Assembly (NCBI GenBank): GCA_024235955.1
Contig: JACKLJ010000003.1
Coordinates: 163,027 to 227,026 of the forward strand
Length of the DNA stretch: 64,000 nt
Source: Burkholderiaceae bacterium
GTDB taxonomy: Bacteria; Pseudomonadota; Gammaproteobacteria; Burkholderiales; Burkholderiaceae_C
Direction of reading: 5' to 3'
Part shown: piece after piece, positions 38,398-47,849 of the stretch
Numbering within the stretch: the stretch's first letter is position 1
Layout: each line of letters begins with the position of its first letter
Notes under the pieces: generated by a model
Databases searched by the model: none
Told to the model about the DNA's origin: nothing
The model's input: the letters and a program-made list of their open reading frames with translations, nothing else
Translations under genes and position numbers: made by a program

Positions 38398-39225
38398 TCA
38401 AAAGCGCTCCTGCTCGCCCAGGTAGCGCCACTGCCCCACCGGCAGATGCCCCAGCGCAATCTGGCCGATGCGCACGCGCTTCAGGCCCGTCACCGTCAGG
38501 CCTACGGCCTCGCACATGCGGCGGATCTGGCGCTTCTTGCCTTCCTTGAGCACGAAGCGCAACTGCTCCGGGTTCTGCCAGCTCACCTGCGCGGGCTTGA
38601 GCGGCTGACCGTCCAGCGACAGGCCGTGACGCAGGCGCGCCAGCTGCGCGGGCGGGAAAGCGGCCTGCACGTTGATCGCCACCTGGCCCATCTGTACGCG
38701 CACCAGGTATTCCTTTTCGACGTCGGAATCCTCGCCGATCAGCTGGCGGGCCACGCGGCCGTCCTGTGTGAGCACGAGCAGGCCGGTGGAATCGATGTCC
38801 AGCCGCCCGGCCGGCGCCAGGCCCTTGCGCTGCGCCGGCGTGAAGCGGGTGCGGCTGGCGTCGCCGCGCCAGTGGTGGCGCGGCTCCACCAGCACCACGG
38901 CGGGTTCGTAGCCGTCTTCCGCCTGGCCGCTCACGTAGCCCACGGGCTTGTGCAGCAGGATGGTCACGCGCTGCGCCTGCGCGTGGGCGGCCTCGCGCTG
39001 GACCGTTACGTGGTCCTGCGGCAGCACCTTGGTACCCATGGCGGCCACCTCGCCGTTCACGCGCACCCAGCCGCGCTCGATCCATTCGTCCGCCTCGCGG
39101 CGCGAGCACAGCCCCATGTCGGCCAGCCGCTTGTTCAGCCGCACCGTGCCGCCACCGGCCGGCGCACCGGCAACGGATAGCGCGCCATCGGGGCGTGGGG
39201 CGCGGCGAAAGCCTGAGGATGTCAT
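38398..39225 (-). CDS. rRNA pseudouridine synthase (RsuA/RluB/RluF family)
   Basis: S4 domain (RLNKRLA..GLCSRREAD), HKPVGYV, GRLDIDSTGLL (catalytic Asp), GKKRQIRRM. Confidence 0.93.
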   Translation of the reverse strand: MTSSGFRRAPRPDGALSVAGAPAGGGTVRLNKRLADMGLCSRREADEWIERGWVRVNGEVAAMGTKVLPQDHVTVQREAAHAQAQRVTILLHKPVGYVSGQAEDGYEPAVVLVEPRHHWRGDASRTRFTPAQRKGLAPAGRLDIDSTGLLVLTQDGRVARQLIGEDSDVEKEYLVRVQMGQVAINVQAAFPPAQLARLRHGLSLDGQPLKPAQVSWQNPEQLRFVLKEGKKRQIRRMCEAVGLTVTGLKRVRIGQIALGHLPVGQWRYLGEQERF

Positions 39226-39240
39226 GAAAGGATTATGGAT

Positions 39241-39306
39241 TGCTATCAAATTGATGGCTGCCTGCGCCTGCCAGTATTGGGCAAAAGGCCGGTTTGACTT
39301 CAAAAA
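39241..39306 (+). repeat. Family A repeat (intergenic)
   Basis: TGCTATCAAATTGATGGCTGCCTGCGCCTGCC...GGGCAAAAGGCCGGTTTGACTTCAAAA. Confidence 0.85.
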
Positions 39307-39343
39307 TACTGAAACCATTGCAATGCGTCTTGGCCACCCCCAA

Positions 39344-39449
39344 AGGCCGCGGAGCAGGCCCATCCAGCGAACGCCGTGCCCGGACCCGCGCCGGGCACCG
39401 GCGTTGTCTCCCCTCAGGGGGGAAGGCGCGCCAGCGACTCAGGGGGGGA
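39344..39449 (-). repeat. Family B ~110-bp palindromic repeat overlapping the Crp gene 3' end
   Basis: Reverse complement starts CCCCCTGAGTCGC and ends GGCCTGCTCCGCGGCC. Confidence 0.85.
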
Positions 39450-40139
39450 CCTCAGCGCGCCAAGATCCAGAATCCGCAACCCCCCGTACTCGATGCGCAG
39501 CAGCCCTTGCGCCGCCAGCGCCTGCAGCGCCTCGTTCACGCGCTGGCGCGACAGGCCCACCAGATAGGCCAGCTCCTGCTGCGTGATGCGCAGCACCTCG
39601 CCCACGCCGGGGAACAGCACCGGATTCACCAGCGCCGCCAGGCTGCGGGCCACGCGCTGCTCGGGGTTGGGGGTGCGGTCGGCCTCGATGGCGCCGATGA
39701 ACTGCGCCAGCCGCTCGTTCAGCTGGTTCATCACGAAACGGTTGAAGCCGATCGAATGGTCCAGCAGCCAGTGGAAGGTGTCCACCGGCAGCCCGGCCAC
39801 CAGGCTCTTGCGCAGCGCCTGCACGTTGTAGCGGTAGGGCTCGCGCTTCATCGTCGTGCCCTCGCCGAACCAGCCGCCGGGCGTGAGGCCGGAGTAGGTG
39901 ATGGTCTGGCCGCCGGCGGTGTCGGTGCTCATCTTCAGCAGGCCCTCGACCACGCCGAACCAGTAGGTCGCCGGCCGGCCTACGCGGCAGATTAGGTCGC
40001 CCGGCGCGGCTTCGCCGATGCGCAGCTCCGCCTCCACGCGCCCCCGCACGCCGCGCTCCAGATGCGCGAGCCAGGGCACGCCGGCCAGCTCGTCGTCGTT
40101 GAGCAGGCGGCGGCGGTCGTGCAGGCTGGGGGATGGCAT
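39414..40139 (-). CDS. Crp/Fnr-family transcriptional regulator
   Basis: cNMP-binding region (GGWFGEG) and C-terminal HTH 'ITQQELAYLVGLSRQRVNEAL'. Confidence 0.93.
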   Translation of the reverse strand: MPSPSLHDRRRLLNDDELAGVPWLAHLERGVRGRVEAELRIGEAAPGDLICRVGRPATYWFGVVEGLLKMSTDTAGGQTITYSGLTPGGWFGEGTTMKREPYRYNVQALRKSLVAGLPVDTFHWLLDHSIGFNRFVMNQLNERLAQFIGAIEADRTPNPEQRVARSLAALVNPVLFPGVGEVLRITQQELAYLVGLSRQRVNEALQALAAQGLLRIEYGGLRILDLGALRSPPESLARLPP

Positions 40140-40174
40140 GGCTTAGGGAAATACCTAGGCGGATCGGGGTTCAA

Positions 40175-40192
40175 TTGTCGTCCAAACGACAA
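40175..40192. promoter_or_regulatory. Candidate Crp-family operator
   Basis: TTGTCGT-CCAA-ACGACAA, a perfect palindrome with TGTCG-N6-CGACA spacing, in the divergent promoter region. Confidence 0.6.
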
Positions 40193-40282
40193 CATGGCGT
40201 CAAAGTCTGGGCCTACCATGCGAAGCATTAAACGGCCCGCCCCGCGCCGGGCGGCCCCACAAGATCAGGAGACACCTCGCCC

Positions 40283-42232
40283 ATGGCGACCACCTTCCCG
40301 CGCCTTCTGCAAAAGCACGCCAGCGAGCGCCCAAGCGCGCCCGCGCTGCGCGAGAAGGAATACGGCATCTGGCAGACCTGGAGCTGGCAGCGCGCGCTGG
40401 ATGAAGTGCGCTGGATGGCGATGGGCCTGTCCGCGCTCGGCTTCGCGCCCGGGCAGAACCTGGCCATCGTGGGCGACAACCGCCCGCACCTGTACCTGAT
40501 GTTCCTGGCCGCGCAAAGCCTGCGCGGCGTGCCGGTGCCCATGTACCAGGACGCCGTGGCCGCCGAGATGGCCTTCGTGCTGCGCGATGCCGAGGTGCAC
40601 TTCGCCTTCGCCGAAGACCAGGAGCAGGTCGACAAGCTGCTGGAGCTGCGCGCCGCCGAGGGCGAGGAGGCCGTGCCCGGCCTCACCCACATCATCTACG
40701 ACGACCCGCGCGGCCTGCGCAACTACACCGACGCGGGCCTGATCAGCGTCGACGAGCTGATGGCCCTGGGCCGCAAGCACGATGAGCTGCACCCGCAGCT
40801 GTTCGGGCAAGGGGTCGCGCAGGGGCAGCCGGACGACGTGTCGGTGATCCTCTACACCTCCGGCACCACCGGCCGGCCCAAGGGTGTGTGCCAGACGCAC
40901 GCCAGCTTCATCGGCGCGGCCGAGGGTGGCGTGACCACCGACGGACTGAACGGCAAGGACAACGTGCTCTCCTACCTGCCTCCGGCCTGGGTGGGCGACC
41001 ACCTGTTCTCCCTGGCGCAGTGGCTGGTGGCGGGCTTCACCATCAATTGTCCGGAATCCAGCGACACGGTGGCCATCGACATGCGCGAGATCGGCCCCAC
41101 CTACTACTTCGCGCCGCCGCGGGTGTTCGAGGGCATGCTGACATCGGTGTCGATCCGCATGGAAGATGCGGCCAGGATCAAGCAGCGCATGCACGCCGTC
41201 TTCATGGACGTGGCGCGCCGCGTGGGCGCCGACATCCTCGATGGCAAGCCGGTGGGCGCGCTGGACCGCCTGAAGTACGCCCTGGGCAACGTGCTGGTGT
41301 ACGGGCCGCTGAAGAACGCCATGGGGCTGACGCGCATCCGCGTGGCCTACACGGCGGGCGCGGCCATCGGACCGGACCTGTTCCGCTTCTTCCGTTCCAT
41401 CGGCGTCAACCTCAAGCAGCTGTACGGTCAGACCGAAACCTGCGCCTACGTCTGCATCCAGAAGAACGGCCGCGTCAAGTTCAGCAGCGTGGGCGAGGTG
41501 GCGCCGGGCATCGAGCTGAAGATCGCCGACAACGGCGAGGTGCTGGTCAAGGGCGTGTCGGTGCTCAAGGAATACTACAAGCGCCCGGACGCCACCGCCG
41601 AGGTGATGGACGCCGAGGGCTACTTCCACACCGGCGACGCCGGTGTGCTCGACCACGATGGCCACCTGCGCATCATCGACCGCGCCAAGGACGTCGGCAA
41701 GATGGCCGGCGGCGCCATGTTCGCGCCCAACTACATCGAGAACAAGCTCAAGTTCTTCCCGCAGGTGAAGGAAGCGGTGTGTTTCGGCACCGGCCGGGAG
41801 CAGGTCTGCGCCTTCCTCAACATCGACTTCGACGCCGTGGGCAACTGGGCCGAGCGCCAGGGCCTGCCCTACGCCGGCTACGTGGACCTGGCCGGCAAGC
41901 CCGAGGTGCTGGCCATGATGAAGGAGTGCGTCGAGAAGGTGAACGCCGACCTGGCGGCCGAGGAGGGCATGGAAGACACCCAGATCGCCCGCTTCCTGGT
42001 GCTGCACAAGGAACTCGACCCCGACGACGACGAACTCACCCGCACACGCAAGGTGCGGCGCAACTTCATCGGCGACAAGTACGGCGTGCTGATCGACGCG
42101 CTGTATTCTGATCGCAGCGAGCAGTTCATCGAAACCGCGGTGAAGTTCGAGGACGGCCGCACCGGCAAGGTCAGCGCCACCCTGCAGATCCTGGAGGCCA
42201 AGCGCTTCCCGCCCGTCAGGGAGGCCGCATGA
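40283..42232 (+). CDS. Long-chain acyl-CoA synthetase (AMP-binding)
   Basis: YTSGTTGRPKG, YGQTE, YFHTGDAG, IIDRAKD. Confidence 0.92.
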   Translation: MATTFPRLLQKHASERPSAPALREKEYGIWQTWSWQRALDEVRWMAMGLSALGFAPGQNLAIVGDNRPHLYLMFLAAQSLRGVPVPMYQDAVAAEMAFVLRDAEVHFAFAEDQEQVDKLLELRAAEGEEAVPGLTHIIYDDPRGLRNYTDAGLISVDELMALGRKHDELHPQLFGQGVAQGQPDDVSVILYTSGTTGRPKGVCQTHASFIGAAEGGVTTDGLNGKDNVLSYLPPAWVGDHLFSLAQWLVAGFTINCPESSDTVAIDMREIGPTYYFAPPRVFEGMLTSVSIRMEDAARIKQRMHAVFMDVARRVGADILDGKPVGALDRLKYALGNVLVYGPLKNAMGLTRIRVAYTAGAAIGPDLFRFFRSIGVNLKQLYGQTETCAYVCIQKNGRVKFSSVGEVAPGIELKIADNGEVLVKGVSVLKEYYKRPDATAEVMDAEGYFHTGDAGVLDHDGHLRIIDRAKDVGKMAGGAMFAPNYIENKLKFFPQVKEAVCFGTGREQVCAFLNIDFDAVGNWAERQGLPYAGYVDLAGKPEVLAMMKECVEKVNADLAAEEGMEDTQIARFLVLHKELDPDDDELTRTRKVRRNFIGDKYGVLIDALYSDRSEQFIETAVKFEDGRTGKVSATLQILEAKRFPPVREAA

Positions 42233-43077
42233 ACGCCGTGGCAACTCCTGAAACGATAGCTGCCGGCGCCAGCCAGATGCCGGCTGCAGCCGAAAATGGC
42301 CGGAAGATCGGCGACGTGGCGCTGGACATCCAGAACATCAGCCTGCGCTTCGGCGGCGTGAAGGCGCTCACCGACATCAGCTTCGACGTGCGCGAGCACG
42401 AGATCCGCTCGATCATCGGCCCCAACGGCGCCGGCAAGAGCTCGATGCTCAACTGCATCAACGGCGTGTACACGCCTACCGAAGGCAGCATCACCTTCCG
42501 CGGCAAGACCTTCAGCCACATGAACAGCCGCCAGGTGGCCGAGATGGGCGTGGCGCGCACCTTCCAGAACCTGGCCCTGTTCAAGGGCATGAGCGTGCTG
42601 GACAACATCATGACCGGCCGCAACCTCAAGATCAAAAGCAACCTGCTGCTGCAGGCGCTGCGCTGGGGCCCGGCCGAGCGCGAGGAAATCCGCCACCGCG
42701 AGTTCGTCGAACGCATCATCGATTTCCTGGAGATCCAGGCGCACCGCAAGACACCGGTGGGCCAGCTGCCCTATGGCCTGCAGAAGCGCGTGGACCTGGG
42801 CCGCGCGCTGGCGATGGAGCCGCAGGTGCTGCTGCTGGACGAGCCCATGGCCGGCATGAACGTCGAGGAAAAGCAGGACATGAGCCGCTTCATCCTGGAC
42901 GTGAACGACGAGTTCGGCACCACCATCGTGCTGATCGAGCACGACATGGGCGTGGTGATGGACATCTCCGACCGCGTGGTCGTGCTCGACTACGGCAAGA
43001 AGATCGGCGACGGCACCCCCGAAGAGGTGCGCAACAACGAGGACGTGATCAGCGCGTACCTCGGGACGAGTCATTGA
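42229..43077 (+). CDS. Branched-chain-type ABC transporter ATPase (LivG-like)
   Basis: GPNGAGKS, ARTFQN, LPYGLQKRV, LLLDEP, LIEHDM. Confidence 0.93.
   Translation: MNAVATPETIAAGASQMPAAAENGRKIGDVALDIQNISLRFGGVKALTDISFDVREHEIRSIIGPNGAGKSSMLNCINGVYTPTEGSITFRGKTFSHMNSRQVAEMGVARTFQNLALFKGMSVLDNIMTGRNLKIKSNLLLQALRWGPAEREEIRHREFVERIIDFLEIQAHRKTPVGQLPYGLQKRVDLGRALAMEPQVLLLDEPMAGMNVEEKQDMSRFILDVNDEFGTTIVLIEHDMGVVMDISDRVVVLDYGKKIGDGTPEEVRNNEDVISAYLGTSH
42243..42305 (+). repeat. Family A repeat, in frame in the LivG-like N-terminus
   Basis: ACTCCTGAAACGATAGCTGCCGGCGCCAGCC...CCGGCTGCAGCCGAAAATGGCCGGAA. Confidence 0.7.
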
Positions 43078-43086
43078 AATGGGACA

Positions 43087-43198
43087 CCCCCCTGAGTCGC
43101 TGCGCGCCTTCCCCCCTCTTGCTTCGCGAGGGGGGACACCGCTGGTGGCCGGGGAGACCCCGGCCACGGCGGTCGCTGGCTGGGCCTGCTCCGCGGCC
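43087..43198 (+). repeat. Family B repeat (intergenic)
   Basis: CCCCCTGAGTCGC...TGGCCGG-N-CCGGCCA...GGCCTGCTCCGCGGCC. Confidence 0.88.
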
Positions 43199-43239
43199 GT
43201 CGGATGCCTGCGGCGCCAGACTGCACTGAGAGACTGAAC

Positions 43240-44169
43240 ATGGGATTCTTTCTGGAAACACTGCTCGGCGGCCTGATGACGGGCATGCTGTACGCGCTGG
43301 TGGCGCTGGGCTTCGTGCTGATCTTCAAGGCCTCGGGCGTGTTCAACTTCGCCCAGGGCGCGATGGTGCTGTTCGCCGCGCTGGCGATGGCGCGCTTTTC
43401 CGAATGGTTCCCGGGCTGGCTGGGGCTGGACAACAAGATCGTCGCCAACCTGCTGGCCTTCGTGGCCGCCGGGGCGCTGATGTTCGTGGTGGCCTGGCTG
43501 GTGGAGCACCTGGTGCTGCGCCACCTGGTGAACCAGGAAGGCGCCACGCTGCTGATGGCCACGCTGGGCATCACCTATTTCCTGGAAGGCATGGGCCAGT
43601 CGCTGTTCGGCAGCGACATCTACAGCATCGACATCGGCATGCCCAAGGATCCGATGTTCCTGTTCGAGAACACCTTCCAGGGCGGCATCCTGGTGAACAA
43701 GGAAGACCTGATCGCCGCGCTGATCGCCGCGGCGCTGGTGGCGGCGCTGTCGGTGTTCTTCCAGAAGACCAAGACCGGCCGGGCGCTGCGCGCCGTGGCC
43801 GACGACCACCAGGCCGCGCAGTCGATCGGCATTCCGCTGTCGCGCATCTGGGTGATCGTCTGGACGGTGGCCGGCGTGGTGGCACTGGTGGCCGGGATGA
43901 TCTGGGGCAGCAAGCTGGGCGTGCAGTTCTCGCTGGCCACGGTGGCGCTGCGCGCGCTGCCGGTGGTGATCCTGGGTGGCCTGACCAGCGTGCCGGGCGC
44001 CATCATCGGCGGGCTGATCATCGGCGTGGGCGAGAAGCTGTCGGAGGTGTACCTCGGCCCCTATGTGGGCGGCGGCATCGAGATCTGGTTCGCCTACGTG
44101 CTGGCGCTGGTGTTCCTGCTGTTCCGCCCACAGGGCCTGTTCGGCGAGAAGATCATCGATCGCGTATGA
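43240..44169 (+). CDS. Branched-chain-type ABC permease (LivH-like)
   Basis: ALGFVLIFKASGVFNFAQG, GRALRAVADD, VILGGLTS.PGA. Confidence 0.92.
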   Translation: MGFFLETLLGGLMTGMLYALVALGFVLIFKASGVFNFAQGAMVLFAALAMARFSEWFPGWLGLDNKIVANLLAFVAAGALMFVVAWLVEHLVLRHLVNQEGATLLMATLGITYFLEGMGQSLFGSDIYSIDIGMPKDPMFLFENTFQGGILVNKEDLIAALIAAALVAALSVFFQKTKTGRALRAVADDHQAAQSIGIPLSRIWVIVWTVAGVVALVAGMIWGSKLGVQFSLATVALRALPVVILGGLTSVPGAIIGGLIIGVGEKLSEVYLGPYVGGGIEIWFAYVLALVFLLFRPQGLFGEKIIDRV

Positions 44170-44233
44170 GCTATCAATTCAATAGCTGCCTGCGCCCGTC
44201 ACTCAAGGGCCAAAGGCCGATTTGATTCATAAA
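44170..44233 (+). repeat. Family A repeat filling the livH-livM gap
   Basis: GCTATCAATTCAATAGCTGCCTGCGCCCGTCACTCAAGGGCCAAAGGCCGATTTGATTCATAAA. Confidence 0.88.
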
Positions 44234-44237
44234 AGCC

Positions 44238-45314
44238 ATGTTCTACCGAGAAAACGGCCAGTTCAAGACCAGCTACCAGGCGGACCAGCAGATCTTCCCG
44301 ATCGCGCAGGACCGCTGGGGTGTGTTGCTGATCGTCGCCTTCGCCTTCCTGGTCGTGCCCTTCCTGGCCAGCGAGTACTTCTTTCTTTCCATCCTGATCC
44401 CGTTCCTGATCATGGCGCTGGCCGCGCTGGGCGTGAACGTGCTGGTGGGTTACTGCGGGCAGATCTCGCTCGGCTCCGGCGCCTTCATGGCGGTGGGGGC
44501 CTACGGCGCCTACAACTTCTTCGTGCGTTTCGACGGCATGCCGGTGGTGCCGGCCATCCTGCTGGGCGGCCTTTGCGCCACGGTGTTCGGCGTGCTGTTC
44601 GGCCTGCCCAGCCTGCGCGTCAAGGGTCTGTACCTGGCGGTGGCCACGCTGGCGGCGCAGTTCTTCTCCGACTGGATGTTCCTGCGCATCAAGTGGCTGA
44701 CCAACGACTCGGCGTCCGGCTCGGTGTCGGTGGCGCACCTGCAGGTGTTCGGCCTGCCGATCGAGAGCCCGGAGTCCAAGTACCTGTTCTGCCTGGCGTT
44801 CCTGGCGGTGATGGCGCTGCTGGTGAAGAACCTCACGCGCAGCGCCATCGGTCGCGAGTGGATGGCCATTCGCGACATGGACGTGGCCGCCGCCGTGATC
44901 GGCATCCGCCCCATGTACGCCAAGCTCACGGCGTTTGCCGTCAGCAGCTTCATCGTCGGTGTGGCCGGCGCGCTGTGGGCCTTCGTCTACCTGGGCGCAT
45001 GGGAGCCGGGCGCCTTCAACGTCGACCTGTCGTTCAAGCTGCTGTTCATGGTGATCATCGGCGGGCTGGGTTCGGTCATGGGCAGCCTGTTCGGCGCCGG
45101 CTTCATCGTGGTGCTGCCGATCTTCCTGAACCAGTTCCTGCCCTGGCTGGGCGGCCTGTTCGGCGTGAGCTTCTCCACCGCCACCGCCTCGCATGTGGAG
45201 CTGATGATCTTCGGCGCGCTGATCGTCTGGTTCCTGATCGTCGAGCCGCACGGGCTGGCCAGGCTGTGGTCGGTCGGCAAGCAGAAATTGCGCTTGTGGC
45301 CCTTCCCGCATTGA
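44238..45314 (+). CDS. Branched-chain-type ABC permease (LivM-like)
   Basis: GYCGQISLG, LRVKGLYLAVATLA, GREWMAIRD, MVIIGGLGS. Confidence 0.92.
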   Translation: MFYRENGQFKTSYQADQQIFPIAQDRWGVLLIVAFAFLVVPFLASEYFFLSILIPFLIMALAALGVNVLVGYCGQISLGSGAFMAVGAYGAYNFFVRFDGMPVVPAILLGGLCATVFGVLFGLPSLRVKGLYLAVATLAAQFFSDWMFLRIKWLTNDSASGSVSVAHLQVFGLPIESPESKYLFCLAFLAVMALLVKNLTRSAIGREWMAIRDMDVAAAVIGIRPMYAKLTAFAVSSFIVGVAGALWAFVYLGAWEPGAFNVDLSFKLLFMVIIGGLGSVMGSLFGAGFIVVLPIFLNQFLPWLGGLFGVSFSTATASHVELMIFGALIVWFLIVEPHGLARLWSVGKQKLRLWPFPH

Positions 45315-45352
45315 TTTCCCATCGCTTCAACCACCACCAAGAGGAGACAACC

Positions 45353-46672
45353 ATGAAGCTATCCCGCACCCTGATCGCCGCCGCCGTGGTCGCGGCTTCG
45401 TCGATCGCCACCAGCGCGTTCGCGCAGGCCGAGCAGTTCTTCCCGCTGCTGTCCTACCGCACCGGCCCCTACGCGCCCAACGGCACGCCCTGGGCCAACG
45501 GCAAGCAGGACTACCTGAAGATGATCAATGCGCGCGACGGCGGCATCAACGGCGTCAAACTGACCTGGGAGGAGTGCGAGACCGGTTACGCCACCGACCG
45601 CGGCGTGGAGTGCTACGAGCGCCTGAAGAGCAAGCCCGGCGTGACCTACATCGACCCGCAGTCCACCGGCATCACCTTCGCGCTGACCGAGAAGGCGCCC
45701 ACCGACAAGATCCCGCTGATGACGCTGGGCTACGGCCTGTCGGTGTCGCAGGACGGCATGGCCTTCAAGTGGAACTTCCCGATGATGGGCAGCTACTGGA
45801 CCGGCGCCGACATCCTGATCCAGGACATCGCCAAGTCGCTGGGCGGGCTGGACAAGCTCAAGGGCAAGAAGATCGCGCTGGTCTACCACGACAGCCCGTT
45901 CGGCAAGGAGCCGATCCCGCTGCTTCAGGAGCGCGCCAAGATGCACGGCTTTGACCTGTCGCTGCTGCCGGTCACCGCGCCGGGCGTCGAGCAGAAGGCC
46001 ACCTGGCTGCAGGTGCGCCAGCAGCGTCCCGACTACGTGCTGCTGTGGGGCTGGGGCGTGATGAACTCCACCGCCCTCAAGGAGGCCCAGGCCACCGGCT
46101 ATCCGCGCGACAAGATGTACGGCGTGTGGTGGGCCGGTGCCGAGCCTGACGTGCGCGACGTGGGCGCCGGTGCCAAGGGCTACCACGCGCTGGCGCTGAA
46201 CGGCTCCGGCACGCAGTACAAGGTGATCCAGGACATCATGAAGTACGTCCACGACAAGGGCCAGGGCACGGGTCCCAAGGACGAGGTGGGCCAGGTGCTG
46301 TACACGCGCGGCGTGATCATCCAGATGCTGGGCGTAGAGGCCGTGCGCAAGGCGCAGGAGCGCTTCGGCAAGGGCAAGGTGATGACCGCCGAGCAGGTGC
46401 GCTGGGGCCTGGAGAACCTCAACCTCGACCAGAAGCGGCTCGACGCGCTGGGCTTCACGGGCGTGATGCGGCCGCTGCAGACCACCTGCGCCGACCACAT
46501 GGGCTCCACCTGGGCGCGCGTGCAGACCTGGGACGGCGGCAAGTGGACCATCGGCGACACCTGGTACCAGGCCGACGACGCCATCCTCAAGCCGATGGTC
46601 AAGTCCGGCGCCGAGAAGTACCTGGCCGACAAGAAGCTGCAACGCCGCGCCGCGGGCGACTGCAACTCCTGA
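45353..46672 (+). CDS. ABC transporter substrate-binding protein (Leu-binding/PBP1 family)
   Basis: GAGGAG RBS and signal peptide; INARDGGINGVKL, YHDSPFGKE. Confidence 0.9.
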   Translation: MKLSRTLIAAAVVAASSIATSAFAQAEQFFPLLSYRTGPYAPNGTPWANGKQDYLKMINARDGGINGVKLTWEECETGYATDRGVECYERLKSKPGVTYIDPQSTGITFALTEKAPTDKIPLMTLGYGLSVSQDGMAFKWNFPMMGSYWTGADILIQDIAKSLGGLDKLKGKKIALVYHDSPFGKEPIPLLQERAKMHGFDLSLLPVTAPGVEQKATWLQVRQQRPDYVLLWGWGVMNSTALKEAQATGYPRDKMYGVWWAGAEPDVRDVGAGAKGYHALALNGSGTQYKVIQDIMKYVHDKGQGTGPKDEVGQVLYTRGVIIQMLGVEAVRKAQERFGKGKVMTAEQVRWGLENLNLDQKRLDALGFTGVMRPLQTTCADHMGSTWARVQTWDGGKWTIGDTWYQADDAILKPMVKSGAEKYLADKKLQRRAAGDCNS

Positions 46673-46786
46673 CCGGCCCCCTGGGCAGCGCGGGCTTCAT
46701 CCCGCGCTGCCGCTCCTGTGGCCGGGCTGCCCCGGCCTCAGGAGTCACGAATCCTCTTGTTGATGTTCGAAAGCAGGCCTGTTGCC

Positions 46787-47605
46787 ATGTCTACCGAAGC
46801 GACGCCCAAGACCATCCTCACCGTCAACGGGATCGAGGTCATCTACAACCACGTGATCCTGGTGCTCAAGGGCGTGTCGCTCACGGTGCCGGAAGGCGGC
46901 ATCGTGGCCATCCTGGGCGGCAACGGCGCCGGCAAGACGACCACGCTGCGCGCGGTGTCCAACCTGCTCAAGGGTGAGCGGGGCGAGGTCACCAAGGGCA
47001 GCATCGACTATCGCGGCGAGCGCATCGAGAACCTGAGCCCGGCCGAGCTGGTCAAGCGCGGCGTGGTGCAGGTGATGGAAGGGCGCCACTGCTTCGCGCA
47101 CCTGACGATCGAGGAAAACCTGCTCACCGGCGCCTACACGCGCAAGGACAAGGGCGAGATCGCGGCCAACCTGGACAAGGTCTACACCTACTTCCCGCGC
47201 CTGAAGACGCGGCGCACCAGCCAGGCGGCCTACACCTCCGGCGGCGAGCAGCAGATGTGCGCCATTGGCCGCGCGCTGATGTGCAACCCCACCATGGTGC
47301 TGCTGGACGAGCCCTCCATGGGCCTGGCGCCGCAGATCGTCGACGAGGTCTTCCACATCGTCAAGGACCTGAACGGCAAGGAGCGCACGACCTTCCTGTT
47401 GGCCGAGCAGAACACCAACATGGCCCTCAAGTACGCCGACTACGGCTACATCATGGAAAGCGGCCGCGTGGTGATGGACGGCACCGCCGCCGAGCTGGCC
47501 AGCAACGAGGACGTGAAGGAGTTCTACCTTGGCGTGGGCGGCGGCGAGCGCAAGAGCTTCCGCGACGTCAAGAGCTACAAGCGGCGCAAGCGGTGGCTGG
47601 CTTGA
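46787..47605 (+). CDS. Branched-chain-type ABC transporter ATPase (LivF-like)
   Basis: GGNGAGKTT, SGGEQQM, LLDEPSMGLAP, LLAEQN. Confidence 0.93.
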   Translation: MSTEATPKTILTVNGIEVIYNHVILVLKGVSLTVPEGGIVAILGGNGAGKTTTLRAVSNLLKGERGEVTKGSIDYRGERIENLSPAELVKRGVVQVMEGRHCFAHLTIEENLLTGAYTRKDKGEIAANLDKVYTYFPRLKTRRTSQAAYTSGGEQQMCAIGRALMCNPTMVLLDEPSMGLAPQIVDEVFHIVKDLNGKERTTFLLAEQNTNMALKYADYGYIMESGRVVMDGTAAELASNEDVKEFYLGVGGGERKSFRDVKSYKRRKRWLA

Positions 47606-47615
47606 CGGCAAGGCT

Positions 47616-47716
47616 CCCCCTGAGTCGCCTGCGGCGCCTCCCCTCCCAGGGGGACAACGCCACTGGCCGGTACAGGCCCGGCCACGGCGTCCGCTGGCTT
47701 GGCCTGCTCCGCGGCC
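47616..47716 (+). repeat. Family B repeat (intergenic)
   Basis: CCCCCTGAGTCGCCTGCGGCGCC...TGGCCGG..CCGGCCA...GGCCTGCTCCGCGGCC. Confidence 0.88.
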
Positions 47717-47771
47717 ATGGGTTCCGCGCCTGATGGGCCATTGGGCGAGGTGATGGTTGGGGTTTGGTCTT

Positions 47772-47833
47772 TATTGAGTGAAATTGGATGTCAGCCCTTA
47801 TTTGGCGAGCGCAGGCAGCTATCAAAGAAGTAG
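47772..47833 (-). repeat. Family A repeat (intergenic)
   Basis: Reverse complement contains TTTGATAGCTGCCTGCGCTCGCCAAATAAGGGCTGAC. Confidence 0.8.
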
Positions 47834-47849
47834 TGTTTGGGACCATGTG

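Noticed and set aside
47778-47849. N-terminal extensions in the ORF track for the PaaK-like gene (and similarly at 39226-39363 and 44222-45352)
   Set aside because: They arise from intergenic repeats or alternative frames. Downstream ATGs fit the family N-termini better, so these were not counted as in-frame repeat insertions.
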